In this document: piece after piece, positions 48,151-61,519 of the stretch
How positions within the stretch are numbered: the first letter of the stretch is position 1
Layout: the number at the start of each line of letters is the position of its first letter
Assembly (NCBI GenBank): GCA_028534125.1
Contig: CM052816.1
Span: 18,168,001-18,232,000, forward strand
DNA from: Lama glama
Lineage: Eukaryota
DNA length: 64,000 nucleotides
Direction of reading: 5' to 3'
Position numbers and translations under genes: made by a program
Notes under the pieces: generated by a model
The model's input: only the letters and a program-made list of their open reading frames with translations
Told to the model about the DNA's origin: nothing
Databases searched by the model: none

Positions 48151-50944
48151 TCAAAGCTTTGCAATACAAACACTTGATAATTAGATCACAGAGTACTGCA
48201 AAAAGAGACATCACCAAGAGTAAAATCCAGAATTTAGCTTTCAAATTTGCCTTCTAAGTGCAAAAAAATAGTGCTTATATCAGATGACTACCATGTACTA
48301 CAGTTATTAGCCAAAATGGATATACTTACTGACCTTTATGGAATTAACTCTGGGGAAAGATTACTAGGTATTAAAAGGTAGCCCTTTCCCTACTCTGCAG
48401 AATCACAGTGTCTTGCTGATAACATTTTCAGGGAAACTGCATCAGGGAAAAGTGACACTAGAGATATCTTAATTCACATTTCCACTCACAGAATATCATG
48501 TCTAATTTTGGTTTGTTTCAAACTCAAAGAAATGTTTTTAAATAACAAGAATTTATATTTCTTCTAATGTCAACCAGTTCTGAAAAATAATCCATCTGGA
48601 AAAATGGCATTAGCTGGGAAAACGGCATTTCAATACTCAGAATGCAGTTGGCTCAAGACGGGGTGTCCCTCTGTTGCCACATGTAGGCTGTAGATTTTTC
48701 AAACAGTTCAGCCTTTTGGAACTTTTGAAATCCATTTAGTCTGGAAATTACTAGAGTCTAGTTCAATCAAAAAATAAGCCTGGGTTGCTAAAGGGTACAA
48801 AAGCCAATACAGGGGGAAAAAAATCAATTTTGGAAGGTCTTACATAGCTCTCAGTATTGAAATCTGAAAGCTCGCCTTCCAAGAAAGGCAGCAGCTACTG
48901 TAAGAGGACATTCCCGGGTACCCGCCTCGGACAGCTGTGCTACCTGGGCAGCTGTTCTCACAGGTCGTGCAGTTTGGCCCACTAGGACATGGAATCCCTA
49001 GTGACTTGTTGTCATGTAATATTCAGTCCAATTCAAGTGATGCTTTCCTTAGTACTTACCACAGTGGGGTGGGAAAAGGACTGCAGGCTTCAGTTCAAAA
49101 CTCATCTCTAACACACATTACTGTGTGTGAACTACACCTCAATTTTCACTTTCCTCATTTATAAAAAGGGCTGATACTCATACTTTTTTCAAAATCTCTG
49201 TGAACATCAGTGACAAGGTAGAGTCTGTCACTTGGAAAGTATTCAGTGATTTCTAGCTATTGATATTATTTCCCAAAGAGGCATCACAGACTGTAGGAAC
49301 CTCTGAGTATTGTTGATAGAAATAAGACGTGAGTGAGTACTCATCTTTCAGTCAGATGGGCCACATTAACAAACATCATTGACTACTACCTACAAAGCAC
49401 TGCAGAGGCCACAAGGGCAATTCACGCCAACTCTTTACCACAAGGAACTCACAGTCAAGGGAGTGAGAAACACAAGGTGTTAGCTATACCTAGTACAATG
49501 CCTGGCATATCAACACACTCAAAGACATTTATTGAATGACTTCTTCTTTTGTTTTTCTATTTGCTATTTGCTATTTAATCTATTTCTGCTCCAATCTTCA
49601 TTCCTGCCATACTTGCTGCTTTGAGTTATTTGTTCCTCATTCCCTGGTTTCTTAAGATGAAAGGTTAGCTTACTCATTGGATATCTTTATTCTTGTTTTT
49701 TAAGTACAATCATCAACAGCTATAAATTTCCCCCTAAATACTGCTTTAACTGCAGCCTGTAAGTTTTGATATGTTGCATTTTCATTTTCATTCATCTCAA
49801 AATATTTTCTAATTTCATTTATTCTCAGACTGGATAGCTCAACTGACCCACTGTCATTCTAAACATATGGTATTGTGGCCTTACCATAATTATCACTTAA
49901 TTCCAAAGATTTTGAAGAAAAGTGTAGACAACTTATCTGTAAAATCTTCCCCATCTCAAGTTTTTCAAGTCTTTTTCTTAGTGATGTTTTGTTTTCCAGT
50001 CAAATTTTCTACAATACCTCATACAAGGAAAATAAAATTTACCTTGAGCACAGTTTTATAAAGACTAACACATTACCCCTTAGTTGCAAAGAAGAGAACT
50101 TCTGCAAGTTTGCAGGAAAATATCTGCCAATCCTCAGTTCCATTTTTCTTGTTTCTCCTGCTATAAGATCTATGTCCATCTCTCTGTACATCTCAATGGT
50201 TTTATTACTGCCTTGGCAACTGTGCTCAGAGAGCAGCTTATTGGTTCCCACCAGCCCTTTAATCCAATAGGCTGTTTACTCCTTCTTATTTCTTTGTAAT
50301 CAGATTCCAACATGACTTCTCTTACCCTGTGCTCTTCAGCCTTCTTCCTGAGAACCATCCTTCACTTTAGCATCAATCAAGTGTTATTTCTGTGTGTTCT
50401 GTATTCTGTTATTCACATTTGCTAGGAGGTTTGTGGATCATGAGATTTTTGCTACTCTCACCCAACATCCTTTGAATTAATTAAAAAAAATTTCCAGATG
50501 ATTGTATTCACATCTGTCTGATAACTATCTCCAGTAGAGATGATCTGAAGGGGTCCTATTTCTGTACCAACCTGTTGTGTGATGCACTCAAGCACCATGC
50601 TTGCAATTATTGAGCAGTTAAAATCTCTAATTACAGACTTATTTTGTCCTGCAAATTCTATGGGAGGATAGTAACCACAGAAAATAGAAGAAAGAAAGAG
50701 GCAGGCCACGAGTTGGGAGAAAAATCAAAAGAAATACTCAAAGAACTATAAGAAACACAAAAAAATTTATTCCTGAAAATGTAGTTTATAAGAACTGAAA
50801 ACAAAATTTTCTTTGTCCTTTAGAAAAGAAACATGCACATTTAGACTAAGCAGACACTGACCAAAGCTAAAAGGAATCCTCCCACAACTTCTACAACAAA
50901 TCTAAAGGGAAAGAAAAGCCTAATGTGTTTTTAAAGAAAGATCA

Positions 50945-50955
50945 TTTAAAAAGTA

Positions 50956-50986
<31 letters not shown>

Positions 50987-51029
50987 GTACATAAAAAGTA
51001 TGTACATATATATATATATGTTGCAGGAC

Positions 51030-51063
<34 letters not shown>
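50945..51063. repeat. Compound (TA)n microsatellite block
   Basis: Three TA runs separated by aaaaagtatgta and gttgcaggaca spacers. Confidence 0.9.
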
Positions 51064-51064
<1 letters not shown>

Positions 51065-51095
51065 TTTTAAAGAAAGATCAAAAGATAATCTCTAG

Positions 51096-51205
51096 GCAGG
51101 GAGGGTGTAACTCAATAGTGGAGCACATGTATAGCATGCATGAGGCCCTGGGTCCAGTCCCAGTACCTCCATTAAAAAACAAACAAACCTAATTACCCCC
51201 CCCAA
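51096..51205 (+). mobile_element. tRNA-Ala-derived camelid SINE (Vic-1 type) with a 16-bp TSD
   Basis: gggagggtgtaactcaatagtggagcacatgtatagcatgcatgaggccctgggtccagtcccagtacctcca...cctaattacccccccc; TSD aaaagataatctctag at 51080-51095 and 51206-51221. Confidence 0.92.
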
Positions 51206-51857
51206 AAAAGATAATCTCTAGATATGACCCTAATATTGATAAGGTCTCTCTCCTATTTTATCTGGTCCCAAATAGTTTTCTCACTAAGTAAGGGATTTTT
51301 GCAATAATTTTCTCCCTCCCAAGGGAACAGCCGAGCTACCACTGATATCTTGAAAGTTCTCTTCTCTCAGCTTTGTAAACCAATAGCAAATACCTGGTTT
51401 TTGTAGGTCACATGCAACATTCTGATCAGGGCTTAGTAACAGTCACTTCCATCATAGATTAATAAATCTCTATTGAAAAAAAACATGAGGAGAAGATATT
51501 TCCTCCAAGATATTTCAAGATAGGACTGAATGGTATACTCATGTGTTACAACGCAAACAAAGCCAGACCATGACTATAGACAGTTTAGCACCCTTCACTA
51601 CTCACAAAATATTGCTCATAAACCTTCCATTCAACTTTGATACCATCTCTAAGTCTCAGAAACTGCACATCTGGGTTTTCTGCAGCCCAGCACATACAGG
51701 AGCATGGGGACATGCACAGCTCTTCCACTCTTCTACTCATCACTTAGTGCACATGTCCACCAGCAGCCCGATTCACAGCATGGAGCCTTCCTCACCTTTT
51801 AACTCAGTGAACAGACAAGAGTTTTAGGCCAGCTTCCATAGACTGAACATTACTTCT

Positions 51858-52085
51858 ATTTTTTAAATTAAATTTTATTTTGAAATAACTATAGATTCAC
51901 ATGCAGTTCTAAGAAATAACACAGAGAGATCCTGTCTACCCTCTACTCACATCTTGCCAAACCAGTATATGGACACTGACCCAGTCAAGCTAGTGAACAA
52001 TCCATCACCATAAGGATCCCTCGTATTGCCCTTTTACAGTCACACTCATATCGCTCGACCCTCCCTTTCCCTGACCCCTGACTTC
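51858..52085 (-). mobile_element. L1MC1/2-like 3' end
   Basis: tagattcacatgcagttctaagaaataacacagagagatcc...ccatcaccataaggatccctcgtattgccctttt. Confidence 0.7.
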
Positions 52086-54703
52086 TTCTTTTTTGATACT
52101 TATACAGCCTGTTTTCACTCATCCATTCACTCATTCACTTATTAGTTAAATGAATACTTATTAAACCTTTACATGCCAAGCATGAATGGCCAAGTAATGG
52201 GCAAAAATCAGATGTGACTGAACTTCACAACTAATAGGTGAGGCAGATACTGACTAAATAAGCATTCAAATAATGTAAAATTTCAAATGTGATAAATACC
52301 ACAATTAAGCAGCAAGTACTGTGAAGCCAGAATAACAGTGAGATTTATTGAGGGGGTGGGGAGAGGACAGAGTAAGCTTCCCAGAGGAAGGAGAGATAGG
52401 GCTGATACTCGAAGGTGAGCTGAGTAACTGAATGAACAGGTTGTACTGCGTATTCCAGGTGAGAGGAACAGATACAAAGGAAGGCAGGCCCAGGAGAACT
52501 CCAACAGCCTTCTGCCCTTCAGTTCCTCCTCACACTCCCACTCTGTAGACTCATCATGGTGAATTTTGTAGCACTCATAGCAGAATCTTAGAACAGGGAC
52601 ACAGGAAGCAAAAGTAAGACCGCAAAGTCCATTAAAAAAATTATTACCAATCTCTCTGTAGGGTCTGATTTGTGAGACACAGCCACTATCCATCAGCTAT
52701 ATTCCTGCCTCTCCTAGAAGAGAATTTCTAGTAGACAGAACCCTGGTGCTTACTACTGGGAAGTTCTCTTGCACAGTCTGAGTTTTACCTGAAGCTAACG
52801 GGGAGAATGAATATTTAAGAAATATCAAGTACTTTAAAAATCATAATGGCTTTTGACCCAATAGTCCCATAAGAATATATCTTAAGGAGAAACTCATAAA
52901 TATAAAAGAAAATTTGTTTATAAATTTTCCATCCCACTGCTATTTACTAGAGTAAAAACAAAACAGTATCATGATATTATGTCAAACAAGGGGACAATGA
53001 GTAATTGATTTATGTAATATGCATACGACAGAGTATCACTGCAGCATTTTATAGTCATATTTTCAAAGACTTTATAATAACACTGAAAAATGCTCTTGAT
53101 CTAAGTTTAAGCAAAACAAGCTAAACAATAAAAACCAAGATAAAAATCTGTATACACGTATAATTCCAGTGATACTGAAGACAAAGAAAATAGAGTCATC
53201 AGATGATGGAAGGACATTGGGCATTTCTGGATAGTGAGATCTTAAATAATTTTTATTTTCTTGTTTAGACTTTTATTTATAGGAGCCTTTATTTATTTTA
53301 TATTCAGATAACAACCACTAAACTATTACATATTTTTAAAAGCCAGCCGTATGATAGGTGGATGGAATTATAATATAGGTTTTACCTTCACTTTTGACTT
53401 GACAAGATTTATGATTTTAGAATAGTCAATTAACTTCTCATAGTCTCAGCTTTCTCATGCAGATGCTTGGAAAATTGCCCTGGCTCTCTCACAGAACTGA
53501 GAATAATTACAGAAATTACAAGTAAGAACTCTTCATACAGTAAAAATGTGAAGCTTGAAAGCAGCATCAATGACGACACACCACTAAATGCCACATGGTA
53601 CACAAATCATGTGATTGTCCAAGAACCCTACCATCAGACTCCTTGGCATCTGAAATGAAAAACTAGAGGAAGCACAGAAATACAGCAAGTAAATAATGTA
53701 TCAACATAGTCAGTTTAAGGCTGACACTTCTTTAGGCTGACAGTAATAACCTCTGATCCCTCTACGTATCCTTGAACTTTCTGTCCAGTGTGGAGGCTCT
53801 GTTCTACAATTTGATTAATGCATATTTCATTTCTTTAGCGCCCCCTTAGTAAATCTTCAAGATTCTCAAGAGGGAGGGTAGAGCTTTCCTTTGGGAGGGG
53901 GAAGTGGGAAGATGAGTATTCAACAGCTCAAACGTGTTCAGCTCAATTCAAAACTCCACTTGTGCTGGAGAACCATGGCATGCATACCTCATTGAATGGG
54001 ATAGCTAGATGCTGTAGTTTCTGAAGGAAACAGGTTTAAAAATTTTCACTATATATGTTTAGAAGCCATAAAAGTTCCCAAACTGCTGCTACCCTTTTTT
54101 CAGTGAGATGGCTATTAGTCCTGCTTTTGCAAGGAGTGCCAACCGTACATACGTCTATTCACACTTTAGCCAATCTAGCTGCTCGTGTGAAAGAGCCCCC
54201 TGGAAGCACATCTGGTATTTTCAAGCCCAGCTCTGGGGTTAGGGAGAAGTGCATCCCAGATGAACGTGAGCTCACCTCCCATGATTCAGTGGTGGCCCTG
54301 AACCAGCAATCTTTAGCCCAGGAGAAGAACTAGCTTCAGTCTGATCTCAAACATGATAATAAATATAAAGCAGACCAACCTCTTGCAATAAATAGAATTC
54401 CTCATAAGAACAGTGTGGGGGGGAAAGCACAGGACTTAAGGTGTCCTGGTTCATAGCCGTGGGACTCTGAGTGAGTCCTTAACTTCTCTGGGCTTCTAAT
54501 CCTTTACTGAAAATAGATGACACACTTCAAAAGTGTGTCATGTGGATAACTGAAATATAGAGCATGAAAGCAATCTGGTCATCCACAAGCACTAATCAAG
54601 TAACAAGAAGTTGGACAAGGCCAAGGAAAGATGATTAATTTGGAATCAGAACAGTTTATGTCTAACTGGTCCTTTATAAAATAATGAATTTCGGGGTTTC
54701 TGC

Positions 54704-55163
54704 TGTTGTAGATTGAAAATGACCACAAATTCTTTGCAACTTTTCCCATCAAGAGATGGAGTCTGCTTCTCCACAGCTTGAGTTCAGACCAGTCTGGTGA
54801 CTTGTTCTGACCAAAAGAATATGGCTGAGGTAACAATTTGGGACTTTGAGTCTAGGTCTCAGGTGTTCTCATAGCATCCATCCTCACCCTATTGGAACCC
54901 AGCATCCACAGGAAGAAACCTGAGTTGGCCTCCTGGAGGATGAGAGACTATGAGGTGAGGGAGGGCCAGCCTTCCCAGCCATCCTAGGTGTCCCAGCCAA
55001 AGTCCCCAAGTGACATCAAGTGAAGCAGGAACACGCCACCCCAGCTAAGTCTGGCTCTCATTTCTGATCCACAGAATCAGGAACAAACCAACAGGCAAAG
55101 ATTGTTATTTTAAACTCTTGCATTTCAGGGTGGCTTGTTATGTAACAAAAGGTACCCAATACA
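54704..55163 (+). mobile_element. MLT1G/H-like MaLR solo LTR
   Basis: tgttgtagattgaaaatgaccacaaattctttg...cccatcaagagatggagtc...gatccacagaatc...gtggcttgttatgtaacaaaaggtacccaataca (TG...CA). Confidence 0.8.
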
Positions 55164-58100
55164 TCTCTGACGCCTCCTCTCTGACAAGACTGGACTCAGG
55201 TGTGTCCATGTAATCAAGAACAGCCTGTAAGAACTCAGTGACTGCCACCGATTTCTGTCAAGATGACTAACAGTCCATTGGAGGGGGGAAGTAGCTGAGG
55301 AAATGAAGAAACATCCAAGAGAAATAAAATTTGTTTCTGAGCACAGTCACATCTGTTGTGTCTGGAGTCCAGCTCTGAGAACCTCATCATTTCAGAATAC
55401 ACCAGAAAGCTCCTCTTACAGGAGGAAAGGTGATGCCACAAGTCCACGTGCTGAGATGTATCTTACTCACAACCAAAGTCTTCACTCTTGCTTTACACTT
55501 AGTTCTAACCAGCCTGACCTTTTTGGTTTCTAAGCCAACAGAAAATAAACAGTGATACAGTGTGCAGATACATTTAGTGATGAGAAGTGAGAGAAAACTA
55601 CTCAAAATCGAGGAAGTGGGGAGAGCGAGAAGACTAAAAAGCACAGAGGCACTTGAGTAGCACAGGAATTAGCAGAGAGGCAAATATCTTCAGGGGTCCA
55701 AGCAATGGGTGCTGAGGGCACCACTGTGTGACAGCTTGATGCAGAAATTTTAAACAGATCAGCAAATTTTAGAAAAGGTTTTCAACCCAAAGGCATAAAC
55801 TCAGTTTGGATGCTAGGCAGGGTGAACCTTCAGTGAACTGATCAGCACACCCTGCACATTCCCAAGGGTCCAAGCCAGCCTGTGCTGCTCCAGAGACGCT
55901 GAGTGAGCGCAAACCCGCTGCTCTTACTGCCTGCAGCTAGCTGCTTGATTTATTGGCTTATGGGAGTCTTCTGTTTCTGTCCTCTTCCCTGGGGAATGCT
56001 CCCTTATATTAGAAAACCTTTCACAGAAGAAGAACAAGAAGGAATGGAAATGGTGTCTGTAGAAAGGCCAAAATCAAAAATCTCTGTTCAGATGCCATCA
56101 ATCAGACAGGGTCTGAGTTTGGGTTCTTTGATTAAAAGCCATAGAAACCTATTTTGGCAAACTTTAGCAGAAAGGGGATTTCCTGAAGGCAATGGGGATG
56201 CTTGCAGAATCAAAGTAAAGGCTGAAAGATTTGGCTTGGAATTTGCAACTGCAAATTGGAGGACACGTGCTTTGGATTTATCATCACATCACGATGGCAC
56301 ATTGTGGAATGCAGTAATTCCCCAGAAGGGGTGCTCTTAGGAATGCATCGTGAGTGGAGGAAAGTCCCAGCAAAAGCCTTGCACTCAGGAGGCATATTTA
56401 AACCCTCATTGTGTCCAGTTTGGAATTCTGAGAGGGTTCCTGGCAGTGCCCCGCTACCCCTAAGGGCTGGAGATGGTGGATGAAGGCAAACGCTCTCTGC
56501 TCACACTGCAACTTAACTGCCTAAAAGCCCTGTATTTGTAAAGGGTGTATTTCCCTTTGAATTTGATAACGTGGATTAGATGCAGTGTTTCTGTTTTGGT
56601 CTCTATGATGCCTCTGCACTAGTTTCCCCAGCTGCCCCTCCCATAGCCACTGTAGCAAGTGATCTAGTCAGATACTGCAGGGCTGTGGCAGAGGGTCTGT
56701 CACACAAGCATCCATTTCCGGTGAGAGGAAAGTCTTTTATCTCCTCGGCTGCCTTGGCTAACTTGAACCTGGGGCAGCAGCTCTGAGATGAAGGAAAACA
56801 GCTGGAGCAGCAGCTGGATTGACAGCAGAGCATCTGAGAAAGGTCAAAGCTCTGACTGGATTACACAGTGCAATTAAACATACTTATAGTTTTACAGAGC
56901 TCAAAACAAATCCTCCTGTACTGACCTAGTATTTGGGGCTTAACAGACCTTAATGAAGCTTCCCATCGCCTCTGCCAGGTGGTCCTTCTCTTGTATCTCA
57001 AACTGATTTATTTCTCATTCATTCTTCACACGCTATTCCTCAGCAGCACCGATGGGTATAGACTTTTCCAGACTTTATTTAGGCTGAGCTATTCAGACAG
57101 ATGGATTTAGTCCCTGTGACTCTTGCATATTTAAATAAAAATACTATATATACTAAAACACAGATATATACTAAAACATACCAAAACACTACACAGATAA
57201 ATACTAACAATACACACGTATATGAAGATACGTATGTCTGTGAACCCTATCTTCTAACTTTGGCTCTACCTTTTCATTCTCTTGCATTTCTGAGACCTTC
57301 ACTCCAAAAAGGGCTGCAGGAAAGTTAAATATTAAAAAGGAAGAGTATGAAGGTATAAGAATTCCATTCGACAAATGTTCATTTTATCCATGCTGTGCAA
57401 GAGGTTATGGAAAGCACTGCAGAGGATTTGAACACTGAATGAGACCTGTTTCTTCCATGAGGGAGCTCATGGTATAATGAAATAAAAACAAACAAACAAA
57501 AAAATCAAACACTGATCGAGCACTCACTGTCCCAAAGGCACTGTGCTATACGGTTCCCTGTACAAACAGCAAACCAGCCAATGCACTGAAAACAACCTGA
57601 TGAGGAGGTAATGCCTGGACCCTGACCATGAAGCCATGCATCCTCTCTATGGACCCATGATTAACAGAGCAAATGGAGAATGAGAGAAGCAACAATGGAA
57701 GGGCAACAGGGGAGAAGAGGAACACTTTCTGCTGGAGCAATCAAAGCAGTTTTAAGAAAGCAAGCAAGTGTCCTCATCCTTGGAGGATAGGACTTCAAAA
57801 GGTGGAGATGGGGCAGGGTAGAGGAGGCACAGGGTGAGGACATGCGAACACACAGAGACAGGTGCACAGGGCGTGGGACAAACAGCAAGTCCACAGATGG
57901 GGAGGAACGAGGGCAGGGGAAGCTGGAAAGAGAAGTTGAGAGGAGGTTCCATAGATGTTTAAGAGCTGGCTCGAGAGCTAGGACTCTCCTAAAAGCAACA
58001 GAGATTTTTCAAATGTGGAGGATCATGATCTGAGCAGCACTGAGGGGAGACAGACCCAGAGGCGTGTGTCTGATGGCCAGGCTGGGACAACCAATGACGG

Positions 58101-58425
58101 AGGGAGGTTCCGGACAGGCACTGGGGGAGAGACTTGGAGAGAGTGGAAAAGCCATCAGCAGCAGGTCAGAGCAGTCGACTAGTTGAAGAGCTGCAACCAG
58201 AGATGCCCTTAATCAAGACAGGAAATATGGGAGGAGGAGCAGGTCTGGTGGGGAAGAAAATAAGTCAGGCCTGCAGTGCCAACAGAAAGCGACCAGGAGT
58301 GGTCCCTTCTGCACTTGGACATGCAAGTGAGTCCTGGAAGTGCGGATGGGAGGTCCATTTCAGAGATGAGACGGCTGAAGCTGGGAGTGGGATCGGATGC
58401 CCAGTGAGACTTTCGTCCTGTAGGT

Positions 58426-58770
58426 AGGATCTACAGTCTCTTGTATGCAATTTTCAAAGGCAAAGAGTCCTGAAAGCAAGCCCAATTGTTTGTTTACTTA
58501 TTTGTAGTGCCAGGCAAACTCACTTGGCCACAAAACCTGAGATGAAATGTCTCATGATCTCTACTTATCCCACTGAGAGTAAGTCATACATTTTGCTGCT
58601 GAAATACTCCTGGCATTTGATCACGCTGTGCTGTCCCTGACCCCACTGAGGAAGTTACAACATAGAGCGTATAAGTACAGATGCCCATTACCCTTCTAAA
58701 ATCCCTCAAATTCTGAATTCCAAACCATATCTGGCTGTAAGACTTTTGGGGAAGAGATTCTGGGACTGCA
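58426..58770. mobile_element. Tigger-type MITE (MER46C-like)
   Basis: aaaacctgag...ttatcccact...cttctaaaatccctcaaattctgaattccaaaccatatctggc...gattctgggactg resembles recalled consensus; degraded TIRs. Confidence 0.55.
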
Positions 58771-60841
58771 CTTAATTTCTGAAAACAGCAAGCAGAGCAA
58801 TAATCCTAATAGCTAACTGAGGGCTAACTCTATGCTCAGCACATGTCTCAGTACTTTATTTTTATTTTCACAGCATTCATCCAAAGCGGATAAAGGATCT
58901 GCGGGTCAGGCAGGTTAACTGTAAGAGGTAGGGCTGGTACTTATCTCAGGCAGGCTGATTCCTAAGGCTGTGCTCTTTACTACTACAGCACACTGCCTCC
59001 AAACTAATTTGTAAAACTGTTTAGAAATAAATTTAATTAATCCTTGTATTAGATTAATGAATAGCAGGGAACAAATACCTTTTACCACATTTCCACAAAG
59101 GATAAAAGAGCATGATTCAGCCAAGTTAGTCTCTCATTTACATTCTGGCAAAGGAGGGGGAACAGTATTGGAGGACAGCTCAAGGAAGATATTTCTCTGT
59201 GAGCCCTGCAGTCCATACACACAGTCTTCCAGCTTTCCCTGCTAAGTAAAGAAACTGGGGATTAAGGCAGCAAAGAAGAGCTGATAAGAGGAAAGGCTCT
59301 GGGGCCAGACTACTTTGGTTCTACCATCTTGTAGCTTGTGACTCTGGTCAATTTGATTAACCTCTTTGAGCCTCGGTTTTCCCCTTTGTAAAATGGGACT
59401 GATTTCAAACTATATTATAGAAACACCAGATGGTTTCAGTGAGATAAAGTTTTTGGCAGAGTGCCAGGTTGATAGTGAATCCTCAGTAAGATCTGAATAT
59501 TTGGATTTGGCAGGACTTCCACAGGGCTAGAGCTCCTCGTGGGAATTACTGAAGACCAAAAAGCTTGGCACACATCCCTGAAGGTAAGGTTACTATTAGC
59601 CTAGCGTCATCCTGTTCTTTCCCAACTTTTGCGGTTCATGGACATCAGCCCAGTTCAAGGATCCTTTCCAATTCCATAGTCAAAAAACAGACTGGTTTAG
59701 GTCTACCTCTGAAGAGACAGCCTTGACTTTTAGCTTGGTTTTTCTCCAGTATTTTCTCTGGCCGTGTAGTCAATTGGACACATGTCTGTATCTACCTGGT
59801 ATTCTGGATTCATCCCCTAGAGTGAGCTGAAGTGGGCCCACCTAGAGCATCAGGACCAAGCCTGATGTGTGTTGTCCCATTCCAAGTGGACACAGTCTCT
59901 GGACGTCGGAACTGAAAAACATTTCTGCTCAATCGTATTCCTAAGGTACATTTTGAATTGGAAAGGGTGGTTGGATTTTGTCCAAATTCTGTTTAGTAAT
60001 GATAAGCTTCACTACATGCTTTCTTTACACATAGCAGACATTCAGTAAGAGATGGCACAAGATGTGACCAATGAGCACAAAATGGGGCTGATCCAGAAGT
60101 TTTGTGCTCTGTGGCCCTGGGTTACCATGGTAATTCATTCTGTGGATAATGGTTTGTCAAATGTTAAGTGACGCTGGTCTTCTCTGATCAAAGTAGGTTG
60201 TTCTAGTTCAGGGAAAATTAATTGTCCCCTCGTCTGTTTTCCTTGTTTGGCTTTTCACTTATCTTCCAGCCCACAGTACTGCTACTTGGCTTGTGATGCT
60301 TGTCTTGATTCTGACATAAGGAAGGAAAATGGAAGACTCCAGCAAACAGTTAATGGAATGCTTGGCAAAGTAAAACTATGGCTTATTCATGCAGCAGAGT
60401 AGCTGATAATTGCCTTTATTATTCTAGGCTAGATTGAGGTCATTGTCTGATGAAATTGGACAATTGTAAAAATGGGGGGAAATGAACACAATTTAAGTTT
60501 ATTTAGACACAACTTCTATATTTTCTTTTACTTTCTTATCAGTGTTTGGCTTTCAGTATGAGGGAACAGGGAAGAGAGAGAAGTTGAAGGAGAGTGGTAA
60601 ATAGGGAGGCGTGTATTAAGGAAAATAATCTTTGACACATTAAGTATTTCTTTTATTTAAAATAGCAAGTGATGGAAAAGCAAATAAATATAAGTAACTT
60701 TAAATCAGTACAAATACACACTATTTCGTTCCTGGAATCTAGCAGAGTGGCAGTTTTATGACATTGCCATTTCATTGTCACATGTTGCACTCCAAATCCT
60801 GGCCTCTTAGACTTCATGAATATCTACTTCTGGTATAGGGA

Positions 60842-60955
60842 ATAGAAGGAAGAGAAGGAAGAGAAGGAAGAGAAGGAAGGAAGAGAAGGAAGGGAGGAAG
60901 GAAGGAAGGAAGGGAGGAAGGAAGGAAGGAAGGGAGGAAGGAAGGAAGGAAGGAA
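60842..60955 (+). repeat. (GAAGGAAGA)n/(GGAA)n microsatellite
   Basis: agaaggaag x3-4 grading into ggaa repeats with periodic gggagg interruptions. Confidence 0.92.
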
Positions 60956-61519
60956 ACAAACCAGCCTACATGGTTCACAGCTCTTCCTACAATGAGTAAG
61001 GCTCAGTTAACTAGAATTCAGTTGATCGGAGTCTCCTATACTCCCCACCTTAATTGATCATTTTGGCTAAAGTCATTCTTAACTCTATCACTCCTTTACT
61101 TTCTTCCATTCCATTGATACTCACAAATCTTGTTAATTCTACCTCAAATATATCAAGTTTAAGAAAGAAACTTTGGCGGCAGGCCCTCGAGGCCAGAGGT
61201 CATGACTGATTCATCTTTGTATCTCTCAGCACATAACGGAGCCCATCTCACCTAGCCAGCCATCAATACCTGTGTCATTTATTGCATAAATATTTGGGAG
61301 AAGGTCAGGGTACATTAAGCCCATTCTCTGCACGTGGAGAGGTATGTTCTCTGACTGGATTTTCCAGCACCTGTGTGACCTTGGTAAGTGCTGTCCCTTC
61401 TCTGGTCCTCAGTACAGCCCTCTATGGTGCTCAAGGGTAATATAACTGTCCCACTCCACTGCCACTGGTGGCAAAGAAGCCCTGTTTTCTGTGCTTTGAG
61501 ACTTTCAGCTATCTCTCTT

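Noticed and set aside
53832..53852. CTCF-like motif (reverse complement tactaagggggcgcta)
   Set aside because: Only the 3' half matches; the 5' CCAC/CCAG core is absent.
55903..56340. 145-aa ORF
   Set aside because: Non-ATG start, the 3' half overlaps an MLT1-like LTR relic (~56105-56330), and no domain is recognisable.
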